NCBI GenBank assembly: GCA_965248535.1
Contig: CBDFJR010000005.1
Location: 1,792,001-1,856,000 of the forward strand
DNA length: 64,000 bases
Direction of reading: 5' to 3'
DNA from: Phormidesmis sp.
Lineage (GTDB): Bacteria; Cyanobacteriota; Cyanobacteriia; Leptolyngbyales; Leptolyngbyaceae
Shown here: piece after piece, positions 53,464 through 62,928 of the stretch
Numbering within the stretch: the stretch's first letter is position 1
Layout: every line of letters begins with the position of its first letter
Notes under the pieces: generated by a model
What the model saw: only the letters and a program-made list of their open reading frames with translations
What the model was told of the DNA's origin: nothing
Databases searched by the model: none
Made by a program: the position numbers and the translations under genes

Positions 53464-53715
53464 CGCTGATGACTTTTAGATAACCGCAACAGGAAGGAGC
53501 AATGACGCTCTATAATCGGGGGCTTGAGATGAGTTGAGCATAACGGTTAATCAGGGGTGTTCTCCTCACCTTCCGATCGCCTGCTAGGGTATTATTCCCT
53601 ACGTAATCGGATCTGCAACGGTAGACTTTTTTCCACCTGGTTAATGTTCTCTCAGTAGCACTCCGTATAGTTAGTCTGTTTTCTCACCCTTTGCAGTGAA
53701 CTGCGTCACACATTC

Positions 53716-55029
53716 ATGAAAGCCGTCGCCCCAGTGTTAGAAAGCCTAGAAAGCCTTGTTGGAGTTGACGGTGTTTGCGCCTGGGACGCTCTGACCGAGA
53801 CTCAGCGATCGCCGATTTTGCAAGCCACCTTGCCGAATAGTCCCGTCTCTCATCTGGTTTATCCCTCCACGCCAGAAGCGTTAGCGGCTGTGATCAGCTA
53901 CGCCGCTCAACACGGGCTGCGGGTGTTGCCCTGCGGCAAGGGCAGCAAACTGCACTGGGGCGGGCTGGTGGAGGGCGTGAGTTTGGTGGTCAGCACTGAG
54001 CGGCTTGATCGATTGGTGGATCACGCGATCGGAGACTTAACTGTGACGGCAGAGGCGGGCATCAAATTCTCTGATCTGCAAGAATTGTTGAGAAAGTCGG
54101 GGCAGTTTTTGGCGATCGATCCCCATTATCCCGACCAGGCGACGTTAGGCGGCATTCTCTCAACGGCAGATACCGGAGCGCTGCGGCATCGCTATAACAG
54201 CGTGCGCGACATGGTTTTAGGCCTTTCATTTGTCCGCAGTGACGGGCAACTCGTCAAAGCAGGCGGACGAGTCGTCAAGAATGTGGCCGGATATGACTTA
54301 ATGAAGCTGCTAACCGGAGCCTATGGCACTCTCGGCATCATTACGCAGGTAACATTACGGGTCTATCCGATTCCTCACGCGTCTCAGACGATCGTGCTCA
54401 GTGGGCACCCAGAAAACTTAGCTCAAGCCGCTCAAACGTTCTTAAATTCTGCGCTTACGCCAACGGCGATCGAAGCGCTGTCGGCTCAAACGATGTCTGA
54501 TTTAGAGCTAGGCAAGGAAAAAGGGCTGTTGATTCGGTTTCAAGCGATCGCTGAAAGTGTGACAGAGCAAGCAGCCCGATCGCTCGAAGTTGGGGCAGCC
54601 CTAGGGCTTTCATCACAACGCTATCCAGAAGCAGACGAGGCAGATCTGTGGCGACGATTGGGAGAAAGCATGGTCGGTCAAAAAAACTCGATCGTGTGCA
54701 AAATCGGAGTCAAGCCGTCAGAAGCGATCGCCCTGCTGACCCAAATTGAGCAACGGTCTCCAACGACCGGAGCCACGATTCACTTAGGGAGTGGGGTGGG
54801 TCAGTTGGTTCTAAACAGCGAAACTCGGACATTTATGATTCAGGAGCTACGATCGCTCTGCCAAGCCACGGGCGGCTATCTCTCAGTTTTGCAGGCTCCC
54901 ATTTCCTTTAAGCAACAAATTGATGTTTGGGGCTACGCTGGAAATGCGTTGGATCTGATGCAGAAAATCAAAACTCAGTTTGATCCAAAATCTCTATTGA
55001 GTCCTGGTCGCTTTGTCGGTGGAATCTAA
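53716..55029 (+). CDS. glcE: Glycolate oxidase FAD-binding subunit
   Basis: DLTVTAEAG, ATLGG, GGRVVKNVAGYDL, FDPxxxLSPGRF; adjacent to glcF. Confidence 0.85.
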   Translation: MKAVAPVLESLESLVGVDGVCAWDALTETQRSPILQATLPNSPVSHLVYPSTPEALAAVISYAAQHGLRVLPCGKGSKLHWGGLVEGVSLVVSTERLDRLVDHAIGDLTVTAEAGIKFSDLQELLRKSGQFLAIDPHYPDQATLGGILSTADTGALRHRYNSVRDMVLGLSFVRSDGQLVKAGGRVVKNVAGYDLMKLLTGAYGTLGIITQVTLRVYPIPHASQTIVLSGHPENLAQAAQTFLNSALTPTAIEALSAQTMSDLELGKEKGLLIRFQAIAESVTEQAARSLEVGAALGLSSQRYPEADEADLWRRLGESMVGQKNSIVCKIGVKPSEAIALLTQIEQRSPTTGATIHLGSGVGQLVLNSETRTFMIQELRSLCQATGGYLSVLQAPISFKQQIDVWGYAGNALDLMQKIKTQFDPKSLLSPGRFVGGI

Positions 55030-55032
55030 ATT

Positions 55033-56415
55033 ATGCAAACGTCAGAAAATCCGATCACGTCTGCCGAGTCGCCTGCAAAACAGTTTCTCGGATTTGATCC
55101 GAGCCATCCGCCTGACCCAACGCTGATCGATTCGTGCGTTCACTGCGGGTTTTGTTTGTCTACGTGCCCTAGCTATCGGGTGATTGGCAAAGAAACCGAC
55201 TCGCCTAGAGGTCGGATCTATCTGATGGATGGGGTGAATGAGGGCGAGATTCCGCTCTCTCCGGCAACGGTGCAGCATTTTGATTCGTGTCTGGGCTGTT
55301 TGGCCTGTGTGACGACGTGCCCATCGGGGGTGCAGTATGACAAGCTGATCGCGGCCACTCGCCCACAAATTGAGCGCAATCACTCGCGCCCTCTGCCTGA
55401 AAAGCTGCTCAGACAACTCATTTTCTCGGTGTTTCCCTACCCCGATCGGATGCGCCTATTGCTGCGCCCGCTAGGGCTTTATCAAAAATCGGGCTTGCAA
55501 AAACTGGTACGATCGCTAGGCTTTCTCAAACAAGTTTCCCCCCAAATCGCCGCGATGGAGTCGGTGCTGCCCCAGATTCCGGCTGGCGCATTTCGAGACA
55601 CAATTCCCGCTCTAATTCCAGCCCAGGGACAAAAACGCTACCGAGTCGGCATGATTTTGGGCTGCGTGCAGCGATTGTTTAACCCAGCCGTGAATGATGC
55701 GACGGTGCGCGTGTTGACCGCAAACGGCTGCGAGATTGTGGTGCCTCAACGTCAGGGCTGCTGCGGTGCATTGTCTCATCACCAAGGGCAAGAAGACCAG
55801 ACTAAAACCTTTGCCCGTCAGATGATTGATGCCTTTGCAGAGAGTGAAGTGGATGCGATTTTGATCAATGCGTCGGGCTGTGGTCACACCCTCAAAGAAT
55901 ACGCGCACATTTTGCAAGATGACCCGCACTATTGCGAAAAAGCTAAGGAATTTGTTAGCAAGGTCAAAGATGTACAGGAATTCTTAGCGACCGTTGGGCT
56001 GACCGCACCCCTTTCGCCTCTGCAAGATCAGCCCTTGGTGATGGTCTATCAAGATGCCTGTCATATGCTGCATGGGCAGAAGATTAGCATCCAACCGCGC
56101 CAACTGTTAAAGCAGATCCCGGGGGTGCAGTTGCGAGAACCGATCGACGCGGCTCTTTGCTGCGGAAGCGCTGGAGTCTACAACATTCTGCACCCTCATG
56201 TTGCCGAAGAATTGGGTCGGCAAAAGGTTGAGAATCTGACCAACACCGGGGCGCAACTGATTGCCTCGGCTAATATTGGCTGTTTTGTGCAGATTTCTAA
56301 ACATTTGCAGCTTCAGGGAAAATCTGTTCCGGTGCTGCACCCAATGCAGCTATTGGATTATTCGATTCAAGGAACCAAGCTGCAAGCAGCCTTAGATCAG
56401 GGGCTGACTAACTGA
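55033..56415 (+). CDS. glcF: Glycolate oxidase iron-sulfur subunit
   Basis: CVHCGFCLSTCP, CLGCLACVTTCP, two CCG domains. Confidence 0.9.
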   Translation: MQTSENPITSAESPAKQFLGFDPSHPPDPTLIDSCVHCGFCLSTCPSYRVIGKETDSPRGRIYLMDGVNEGEIPLSPATVQHFDSCLGCLACVTTCPSGVQYDKLIAATRPQIERNHSRPLPEKLLRQLIFSVFPYPDRMRLLLRPLGLYQKSGLQKLVRSLGFLKQVSPQIAAMESVLPQIPAGAFRDTIPALIPAQGQKRYRVGMILGCVQRLFNPAVNDATVRVLTANGCEIVVPQRQGCCGALSHHQGQEDQTKTFARQMIDAFAESEVDAILINASGCGHTLKEYAHILQDDPHYCEKAKEFVSKVKDVQEFLATVGLTAPLSPLQDQPLVMVYQDACHMLHGQKISIQPRQLLKQIPGVQLREPIDAALCCGSAGVYNILHPHVAEELGRQKVENLTNTGAQLIASANIGCFVQISKHLQLQGKSVPVLHPMQLLDYSIQGTKLQAALDQGLTN

Positions 56416-56452
56416 TTGTTCTCGATCGAAATCTCTTACCAACGACTGCGCT

Positions 56453-57502
56453 ATGAACTCTTATTTTCGCCCTAGCGTTGATGCGATCGTGGGCTATGTT
56501 CCCGGTGAGCAACCCAAGCCTGGCACCTCTGTGATCAAGCTCAACACTAATGAGAATCCTTACCCTCCATCTCCGGCGGCGATCGCGGCGTTGCAAAATT
56601 TCGATAGCGAATGTCTGCGGCGCTATCCCGACCCGTTTGCGAATGCGTTTCGTCAAGCCGTCAGTGATGTGTTAGCCGTTCCGGTTGATTGGCTGATTGT
56701 GGGCAATGGCAGCGACGACCTGCTGAATGTAATCATTCGCGCCTGTGCAGATTTGGGGCGCAGGGTGGTTTACCCAATCCCAACTTATGTGCTCTATCAA
56801 ACGCTAGCCGAAGTGCAGGTTGCCGAAGTCGTCGAAGTGCCCTATGGAGAAGACTATCAGCTTCCGATCGAGCAACTCATTGCCGCAAAAGGTGCCGTGA
56901 CGCTGATTGCTACGCCTAACAGTCCATCGGGTCACTGTGTCTCGATCGCCGATCTCCGACGATTAGCGATCGGGTTATCGGGCGTTCTCGTGATCGATGA
57001 AGCCTATGTTGACTTTGCTGATCAGACTGCGTTATCGCTGGTGAAAGAATTTGATCATGTGATTGTCACGCGCACATTGTCAAAAGGATATTCTCTAGCA
57101 GGGTTAAGACTTGGATTTGGCATTGCAAACCCGGCTCTCTTGAGGGGATTTTTTAAGGTCAAAGATAGCTATAACATTGACGCGATCGCCTGCACGATCG
57201 GGGTGGCGGCGATGCGCGATCAATCCTATAAAAATAGCTGTGCAGAGCGGGTCAAGCGATCGCGCTCAACATTGTTTTCTGATCTCAAAAATCTAGGCTT
57301 TCACCTATGGGATTCTCAAGCTAACTTCTTGCTCACTCAACCGCCCGCCAGAAATGCAGAACAGCTTTACCTCGCTCTCAAAGAACAGGGCATTCTAGTG
57401 CGCTACTTCAATCGCGAGGGTCTGTCAGACAAACTGCGAATCACGATCGGCACTGATGAACAAAATCAGCGGCTTGCTGACATCTTGGCGCGTCTTGTCT
57501 AA
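56453..57502 (+). CDS. hisC: Histidinol-phosphate aminotransferase
   Basis: KLNTNENPY, GNGSDD, DEAYVDF, RTLSKGYSLAGLRLG. Confidence 0.92.
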   Translation: MNSYFRPSVDAIVGYVPGEQPKPGTSVIKLNTNENPYPPSPAAIAALQNFDSECLRRYPDPFANAFRQAVSDVLAVPVDWLIVGNGSDDLLNVIIRACADLGRRVVYPIPTYVLYQTLAEVQVAEVVEVPYGEDYQLPIEQLIAAKGAVTLIATPNSPSGHCVSIADLRRLAIGLSGVLVIDEAYVDFADQTALSLVKEFDHVIVTRTLSKGYSLAGLRLGFGIANPALLRGFFKVKDSYNIDAIACTIGVAAMRDQSYKNSCAERVKRSRSTLFSDLKNLGFHLWDSQANFLLTQPPARNAEQLYLALKEQGILVRYFNREGLSDKLRITIGTDEQNQRLADILARLV

Positions 57503-57559
57503 AAAGATCTATCTAGAAAGAATTGACTGCCCACGACCCCAAAGAATCGTGAGACAGAC

Positions 57560-57817
57560 CTAAACCTGCTCGCAGAGGGAATCGTTAGCATTCACAGATT
57601 CGCCTGGGTTTTTGGCGTGCAACTCTACTAGAGCATCTCGCTGAAACCGCAGCACGCGAGAAATCGAGTTTCGAGAACTCTCAGAGGTAAAAACGGAGAG
57701 CGTGATGTTACTGAGATCGGGGTCTATGATCCGCTTCACTGTACAGATTTGCATTTTGTTATTGCAGTAAGCAATGATGCGATCGCCAGACTGAATATCG
57801 ACTGCTTGAATCTTCAA
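57560..57817 (-). CDS. Small hypothetical protein (beta-rich)
   Basis: 85-aa ORF, TTG start preceded by GAAGG; plausible SH3-like composition. Confidence 0.55.
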   Translation of the reverse strand: MKIQAVDIQSGDRIIAYCNNKMQICTVKRIIDPDLSNITLSVFTSESSRNSISRVLRFQRDALVELHAKNPGESVNANDSLCEQV

Positions 57818-58303
57818 TAGAAACTCAACCTTCGTAGTGATTTGACCCAGGCAGTTGCCTTGAGAGCTTCTGCTGGAGGTTTATGTAACGAGCGTGTTGC
57901 TCGGTCTGAACGTCATCAGTGGGTGACTGATTTTTAGACGCTCACAAAACTGATACTGAGTAGTGCACGGGTTTAAGTAACATATTCTTTACTATACATC
58001 AAAAAAGCCGAAATTCTATCAAACTAAATATCTCATTGTCAAGACACCTTCTACTGAAAGTTGCTCTAAACAGGGCAAGCCACCAAACTGAGACCTCGAT
58101 CAGGCTGAATACTGATCGCATCTCAGGTGGGCATCTCTTAGGAGCTAACTCACCAGTTAGAATTAAGTCCGATCGTCGAATTAAAAAGGTTTGCGGATGG
58201 GTGAGATGTTTACAGCACTTCCAGCCAATTGGTTAGAGTGGGTGATTGTGGTTGGCTATTTGTCGTTTATGTTTTTTGTGATATGGCGCGTGTTGGGAAG
58301 CAG

Positions 58304-58843
58304 ATGAAGCCCTTTGTAGCATTAGATTTTGAGACTGCTGATCAGGGGCGAGATAGCGCCTGCTCGATCGGGCTAATTCGGGTCGAAAATAATCAGATTG
58401 TGCAGCGAGTTCATGCGCTGATTCGTCCGCCCCGCCAAGCGTTTAAGTTTACGCATATTCACGGCATTCACTGGCGCGATGTCGCCGATCAGCCCACCTT
58501 TGGCGAGGTTTGGGAGACGCTGACTCCTTTGATACAAGGGGTTGATTTTATTGCGGCTCACAACGCTAGCTTCGATCGAGGCGTGCTTTATGCCTGCTGT
58601 GATGCTTACAGCCTTGTTTACCCGGCGCAACCTTTTATCTGCACCGTGCAGCTTGCTCGCAAAACCTGGCAGATTTATCCGACTAAGTTGCCCGATGTTT
58701 GTCAGCGTCTCGATATTGATCTGGTGCACCATCACGCGCTCTCAGATGCCGAAGCCTGTGCTCGAATTGTCATTGCCGCGAATTTAGCGTTGGGCGTTGC
58801 GCCTGCTGATCTCAAAGGCTCTAAACACACCCGCAAGTCTTGA
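58304..58843 (+). CDS. DEDDh 3'-5' exonuclease (DnaQ-like)
   Basis: ALDFETA, AHNASFD, HHALSDA. Confidence 0.9.
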   Translation: MKPFVALDFETADQGRDSACSIGLIRVENNQIVQRVHALIRPPRQAFKFTHIHGIHWRDVADQPTFGEVWETLTPLIQGVDFIAAHNASFDRGVLYACCDAYSLVYPAQPFICTVQLARKTWQIYPTKLPDVCQRLDIDLVHHHALSDAEACARIVIAANLALGVAPADLKGSKHTRKS

Positions 58844-60051
58844 ATTACCTGTCTGATGTCCATAAGCGCCCATTGGTTTGACCAAGATTTTTCTGCTTGC
58901 TGACGTTGCTCAACTCGTTCGGTTAGCAATCCAAAGGTGTGAGGGTAGGACAACTCTTGCATTAACCAGCGTGATGAAATAGATAGTGTTCTAGCGATTG
59001 GCTCGACGTTGCTCAGTCGTGGCTGATAGCCATTTAGAATTTGTAGCCAAAGCGTTCTCAGTTGTTGTCGGGCTTGTAGACGAGTTACGATCGCCCCTGC
59101 CGATTCGACCAGAAAGGGCTGTGGCCCCATCGCTGCCCATTCATTGAGTTGATTGGCGAGACCGATTTGAGTGCGTCCGGTTTGCCGAGCCGAAGTCACC
59201 ACCCGCACGATCGGGCTATGCCGAAATCGAGCATTGACCCGCAGCAACGCCCGATAGAGGGCGACATCTTCGGGCGATCGCACCAACGGTAACCCGCCTG
59301 CCTGAGCGTAGATCTCTGCGGTCACCGCCAGACTGGCCCCATAGTGCTGATAGTGGCGCGGAAACGGATCGCAGGGGTCAGGGTCGAGATAGCTTTCTAA
59401 CTCAGCAATCAGCGATCGATAGCCCACTTCTCGCAGGTGACAGGCTCTAGCGTTTGGACTCAAACGAGCTAGTCCTAGAGGGTCGAGCAGAATGCGCCCG
59501 CCGATCGCGTCGGCTCCGTTGGCGATTTCGTGCAAGATCGCTGCAATCCAGGTGGGGCTGACCTGAGAGTCTCCATCGGTAGAGGCAATCACGCCACGTT
59601 TGTGTCCCAACCCACTGAGGCGGCGATAGGCTTCGTTCATCAACATTTGTCGAACTCGACCGATGTGCGCCTCTGCGATCGCCAGGGTTCTTTCAACAAT
59701 ATGCAGATTTAAACCGGGATGACGATCGGCAAACTGACGGGCGATCGCCACCGAACGATCGCTACAGTTGTTGGCGAGTAGAATGATCTCGTAGCAATCT
59801 AGATCCAAAGGTTTAGCGTTTAAATCTGTCTGGTGAGCTAATGCCGCTAGCGTTGCTTCTAGCGTTGCTGCCTCATTGCGAACTGGGACGATCACACAAA
59901 CCTCGCAGCTAGCCGCGATCGCGGTCTGAACGAGGGGCTGAGAGAAATCTTTAGATGCCAAAACCGCCAAGCTAGGGGCGGTCTGCGATCGGTTAATTTG
60001 CATCACAATTTTGGCTCTGTCTCCTAAAAAAGAGTGGGCTGGATTCATCAA
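58732..60051 (-). CDS. Glycosyltransferase family 2
   Basis: IVPVRNE, ANNCSD, STDGDS, PEDV, TSARxxGR; start uncertain (60051-60003). Confidence 0.85.
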   Translation of the reverse strand: MMNPAHSFLGDRAKIVMQINRSQTAPSLAVLASKDFSQPLVQTAIAASCEVCVIVPVRNEAATLEATLAALAHQTDLNAKPLDLDCYEIILLANNCSDRSVAIARQFADRHPGLNLHIVERTLAIAEAHIGRVRQMLMNEAYRRLSGLGHKRGVIASTDGDSQVSPTWIAAILHEIANGADAIGGRILLDPLGLARLSPNARACHLREVGYRSLIAELESYLDPDPCDPFPRHYQHYGASLAVTAEIYAQAGGLPLVRSPEDVALYRALLRVNARFRHSPIVRVVTSARQTGRTQIGLANQLNEWAAMGPQPFLVESAGAIVTRLQARQQLRTLWLQILNGYQPRLSNVEPIARTLSISSRWLMQELSYPHTFGLLTERVEQRQQAEKSWSNQWALMDIRQVIQDLRVCLEPLRSAGATPNAKFAAMTIRAQASASESA

Positions 60052-60317
60052 ACTTAAAGACTTTATAATTCTGGTTAGAAAAGCGAATCTGATAGAGTTC
60101 TTCGCGAATGCCAGCGCAAGCTCCCCTCTTATCTCCTGATGCTGAAAGACTTCAAACCCAGTCGTTGAGGTTCAAAGTTTCTCGATCGAGGATTTAGAAG
60201 ATAAAGCGCTGGACAACAAAGCGAAAGACCTGCTTGAATTAGCGTTAAAGATAATTGTGCAGAGTTTGAGTCGGGTTTGAGTCTGCCTTGTGAAGGATCA
60301 TTGACTTAACATAAGAG

Positions 60318-60920
60318 TTAGTTTAGCGACCCAGTTCGCTCAAACAAATCAAGCCGATATTGCTCTTCTCGCCGTCCTTCTAATGAGCGCAGATGAGTCG
60401 GTGACAACTCTAAAAATGCTTCGTGCACTTCATCACCACTTAGTGGATAGTCTTTGGCATAGAGCGTCCAGTGCACTAAAAGCAGATGTCCGCCAGGCTG
60501 CAAGCGATCGAGAATCGCCTGCTGCGATAGTCGCAAATCGTCCCAACTCCAGTAATAGCCGACTTCTGAGACAAGAATGAGATCAAAAGATTGCTCAGGA
60601 AACTGTTTGGGCACACGCATCAACTCAAATCGAACGTGAGGGAGTAGCTGACAGCGTTGAATAGCCCGCGCTTGCGCCAGTGCTGAAACCTCGATCGACA
60701 GCAGCGAGTCACAGCGATCGGCTAATTTCTCAGTTAAAACTCCGATCGAGCCGCCGATTTCTAACGCTGACTGATATCGGGGTTTGGGCAGAGCGGCGAT
60801 CGTGGCTGCATATTTCGCCGCTTCATAGTCGCTAGTTTCAAACTTCCAGGGGTCGGGGTCAGCGCGATAGAGGTCATCAAAATAGCTGGGCGGCAGAGAG
60901 TTAGGCTGAAGTGGATTCAT
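60318..60920 (-). CDS. NodS-like SAM-dependent methyltransferase
   Basis: YFDxLY..DPW.FETSDYE..KY, LEIGGSIG, FDLILVSEVGYY. Confidence 0.85.
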   Translation of the reverse strand: MNPLQPNSLPPSYFDDLYRADPDPWKFETSDYEAAKYAATIAALPKPRYQSALEIGGSIGVLTEKLADRCDSLLSIEVSALAQARAIQRCQLLPHVRFELMRVPKQFPEQSFDLILVSEVGYYWSWDDLRLSQQAILDRLQPGGHLLLVHWTLYAKDYPLSGDEVHEAFLELSPTHLRSLEGRREEQYRLDLFERTGSLN

Positions 60921-61660
60921 TAAATTTCCTCAAAATAGATTTCCCAGGGGTGCATAAAATTTGCCAACATCTCAGGGGTTAATCGAAAGCCGTTAGGATC
61001 GTCATCAATCAAATCAGTAATCTGCGATCGATAGGCAGCGATCGCCCGCAGTTTGAGGGAGACAACCGCTTCAATATTCAATCGCCAACCCGTGATCTGG
61101 GCCGAGTTGGGCAACCCGCAACTCTGGGCCAAGTCCCAATCCCAAATGGGATATTCGATTAGGCGAGGGGCAACCCGCAGATGAGCGATCGCGCTGTGAA
61201 TTAGCTGCCACGTTGCCCGATGATCAGGATGCGGATCATGTCGCCAAGGCAGAAAGATCGTTTTAGGCGCGATCGCTTCGAGATAAGTCCCGCAGGCTGC
61301 TTGATGTTCCGCTGAGGTCACCAACGTCTCGACAGCCCCATCCGGCAAGCGCAAAAAGGTGACGGATGCCCTGTCAACGCCAAGAATGGTCAACGCATCC
61401 AGGGTTTCTTGCTGCCGTAGCTGCTGCAAAACCGGAGCCGGATATTTCAGCGATCGGGGATGAGACTGAGTGCCGTCACTGATCACCAACACCGACACCG
61501 GGCAGTGATCAGAGCGCAGAAGAGCGATCGCGCCTCCGCAGCCCAAGGTTTCGTCATCGGGGTGAGGCGCAACGATCAGCACGGATTCTTGAGACGTGAA
61601 TGAGCCAAACGGCAGCGCTAGGGGATTGTTTAATAACGCTGCTACCGATTCTCTAGTCAT
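60920..61660 (-). CDS. PIG-L/LmbE family deacetylase
   Basis: APHPDDETLG and HPDH zinc motifs; KxxAIAAYRSQ. Confidence 0.9.
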   Translation of the reverse strand: MTRESVAALLNNPLALPFGSFTSQESVLIVAPHPDDETLGCGGAIALLRSDHCPVSVLVISDGTQSHPRSLKYPAPVLQQLRQQETLDALTILGVDRASVTFLRLPDGAVETLVTSAEHQAACGTYLEAIAPKTIFLPWRHDPHPDHRATWQLIHSAIAHLRVAPRLIEYPIWDWDLAQSCGLPNSAQITGWRLNIEAVVSLKLRAIAAYRSQITDLIDDDPNGFRLTPEMLANFMHPWEIYFEEI

Positions 61661-62864
61661 GAGACCACAGAGTATTGGCGGACTTGGGCTGACTCAGCGC
61701 ATAGTGTCCTACATTGGCAAAAGCGGCATCAAAGGCAGGTTGCCGCAAATAGAGCGTCAAGTCACGAATGATGCGATCGATCGGGGTTGGGGGCAATAAA
61801 CCCCGCGTTCCGACCGATCGTTCACAGGCTTGAATCACCTCCATGCAAATCTGCTCAATCGCCGATCGCACCATATTGGCGTAGGCAACTAACTGCTCGG
61901 CTTGAGGATGGGGCACGATCGGCGATCCGGCAAAGATGGGGGCGTAGGCGGTGATAAACGCGGCGGCACCCCTGAGCCAGAGATTGCCGCTTTCGAGAGC
62001 GATCGCGACTTTCCCCAACCGCTCGGCTTGATAGGGGTCTTGAGTGCGCCCTAAACTCTGCAAAAATTTGCGAGTTTCATCAAACAGCGCTTCGGCTCCC
62101 CCTAGCTGCACCGCCGCAAATCGAACCACCCCCACCGATAGCCAAGGCTGACGATAATAATCATTGGGTTGACCGATCAGAGCGCTAGCCTCTAGCTCAA
62201 CGCCACTAAAATCGACTTTATAGCTGGCGGTGGCCCGCATTCCTGAAGGTTGCCACCAGGTTGGGTCACTCACCGTAGACACCTGATCCATCGGCACGAT
62301 ACACATTTGCCAGCGACCATCGGGCAATGCCCCATTCACAAACGGGCGATCGACATACCCGCACCCAGACGCAAAGGTTTTGCAGCCTTCTAGCCGATAT
62401 CGCCCATTTTCAAGCGGAGTGATCTTTAGTCCGTCGGCGGCTTCAGCGTTCCAGACTCCAAAGAGTTTGTGACGATCGCGGGCATCACTAGCATAAGCTT
62501 TGACCTGAGCCTGAGTTCCAAAAGTTTGCACGAGTTGCAGCGCGTTGACGTGTCCTTCAAAAATTCGCCCGACGGCCAGGTTTCCGCGCCCAAACTGCTT
62601 GAGAATTTGCAACAGATCAGGTGTGACATTAGACTCAATGCCTAACCCCCATCCGCCTAGCCGTCGATCGAGGGGTGCCGATAGCAAACCCGCTTCAGCA
62701 ATCTGCTCAAATTCTCGACTGGGAAAGGCTCCTAGCTGATCGAGTTTGGCCGCGTTTTCGAGGGCATAATCGGCAATTTTGGTCGATCGCGCTAGGAGTT
62801 CAGCCAGAGAGAGGGGGTGGTGATGAGTCTCCAATAAAAGTTGAGCGCTATTGACTACTTTCAC
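61653..62864 (-). CDS. Acyl-CoA dehydrogenase-fold flavoprotein
   Basis: GRIFEGHVNA, LEGCKTFASG, GMRATAS, RDLTLYLRQP. Confidence 0.85.
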   Translation of the reverse strand: MKVVNSAQLLLETHHHPLSLAELLARSTKIADYALENAAKLDQLGAFPSREFEQIAEAGLLSAPLDRRLGGWGLGIESNVTPDLLQILKQFGRGNLAVGRIFEGHVNALQLVQTFGTQAQVKAYASDARDRHKLFGVWNAEAADGLKITPLENGRYRLEGCKTFASGCGYVDRPFVNGALPDGRWQMCIVPMDQVSTVSDPTWWQPSGMRATASYKVDFSGVELEASALIGQPNDYYRQPWLSVGVVRFAAVQLGGAEALFDETRKFLQSLGRTQDPYQAERLGKVAIALESGNLWLRGAAAFITAYAPIFAGSPIVPHPQAEQLVAYANMVRSAIEQICMEVIQACERSVGTRGLLPPTPIDRIIRDLTLYLRQPAFDAAFANVGHYALSQPKSANTLWSHD

Positions 62865-62928
62865 TGCTATTACGATTAATTTAATTATTATGACGATAGT
62901 GAATTGAAGTGAGGATGAACACCTCTAT

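Noticed and set aside
53589..53602. GTA-N8-TAC NtcA-like site upstream of glcE
   Set aside because: Short motif expected by chance; the nearest TAN3T is 19 nt away rather than ~22, and the flanks are not A/T-rich
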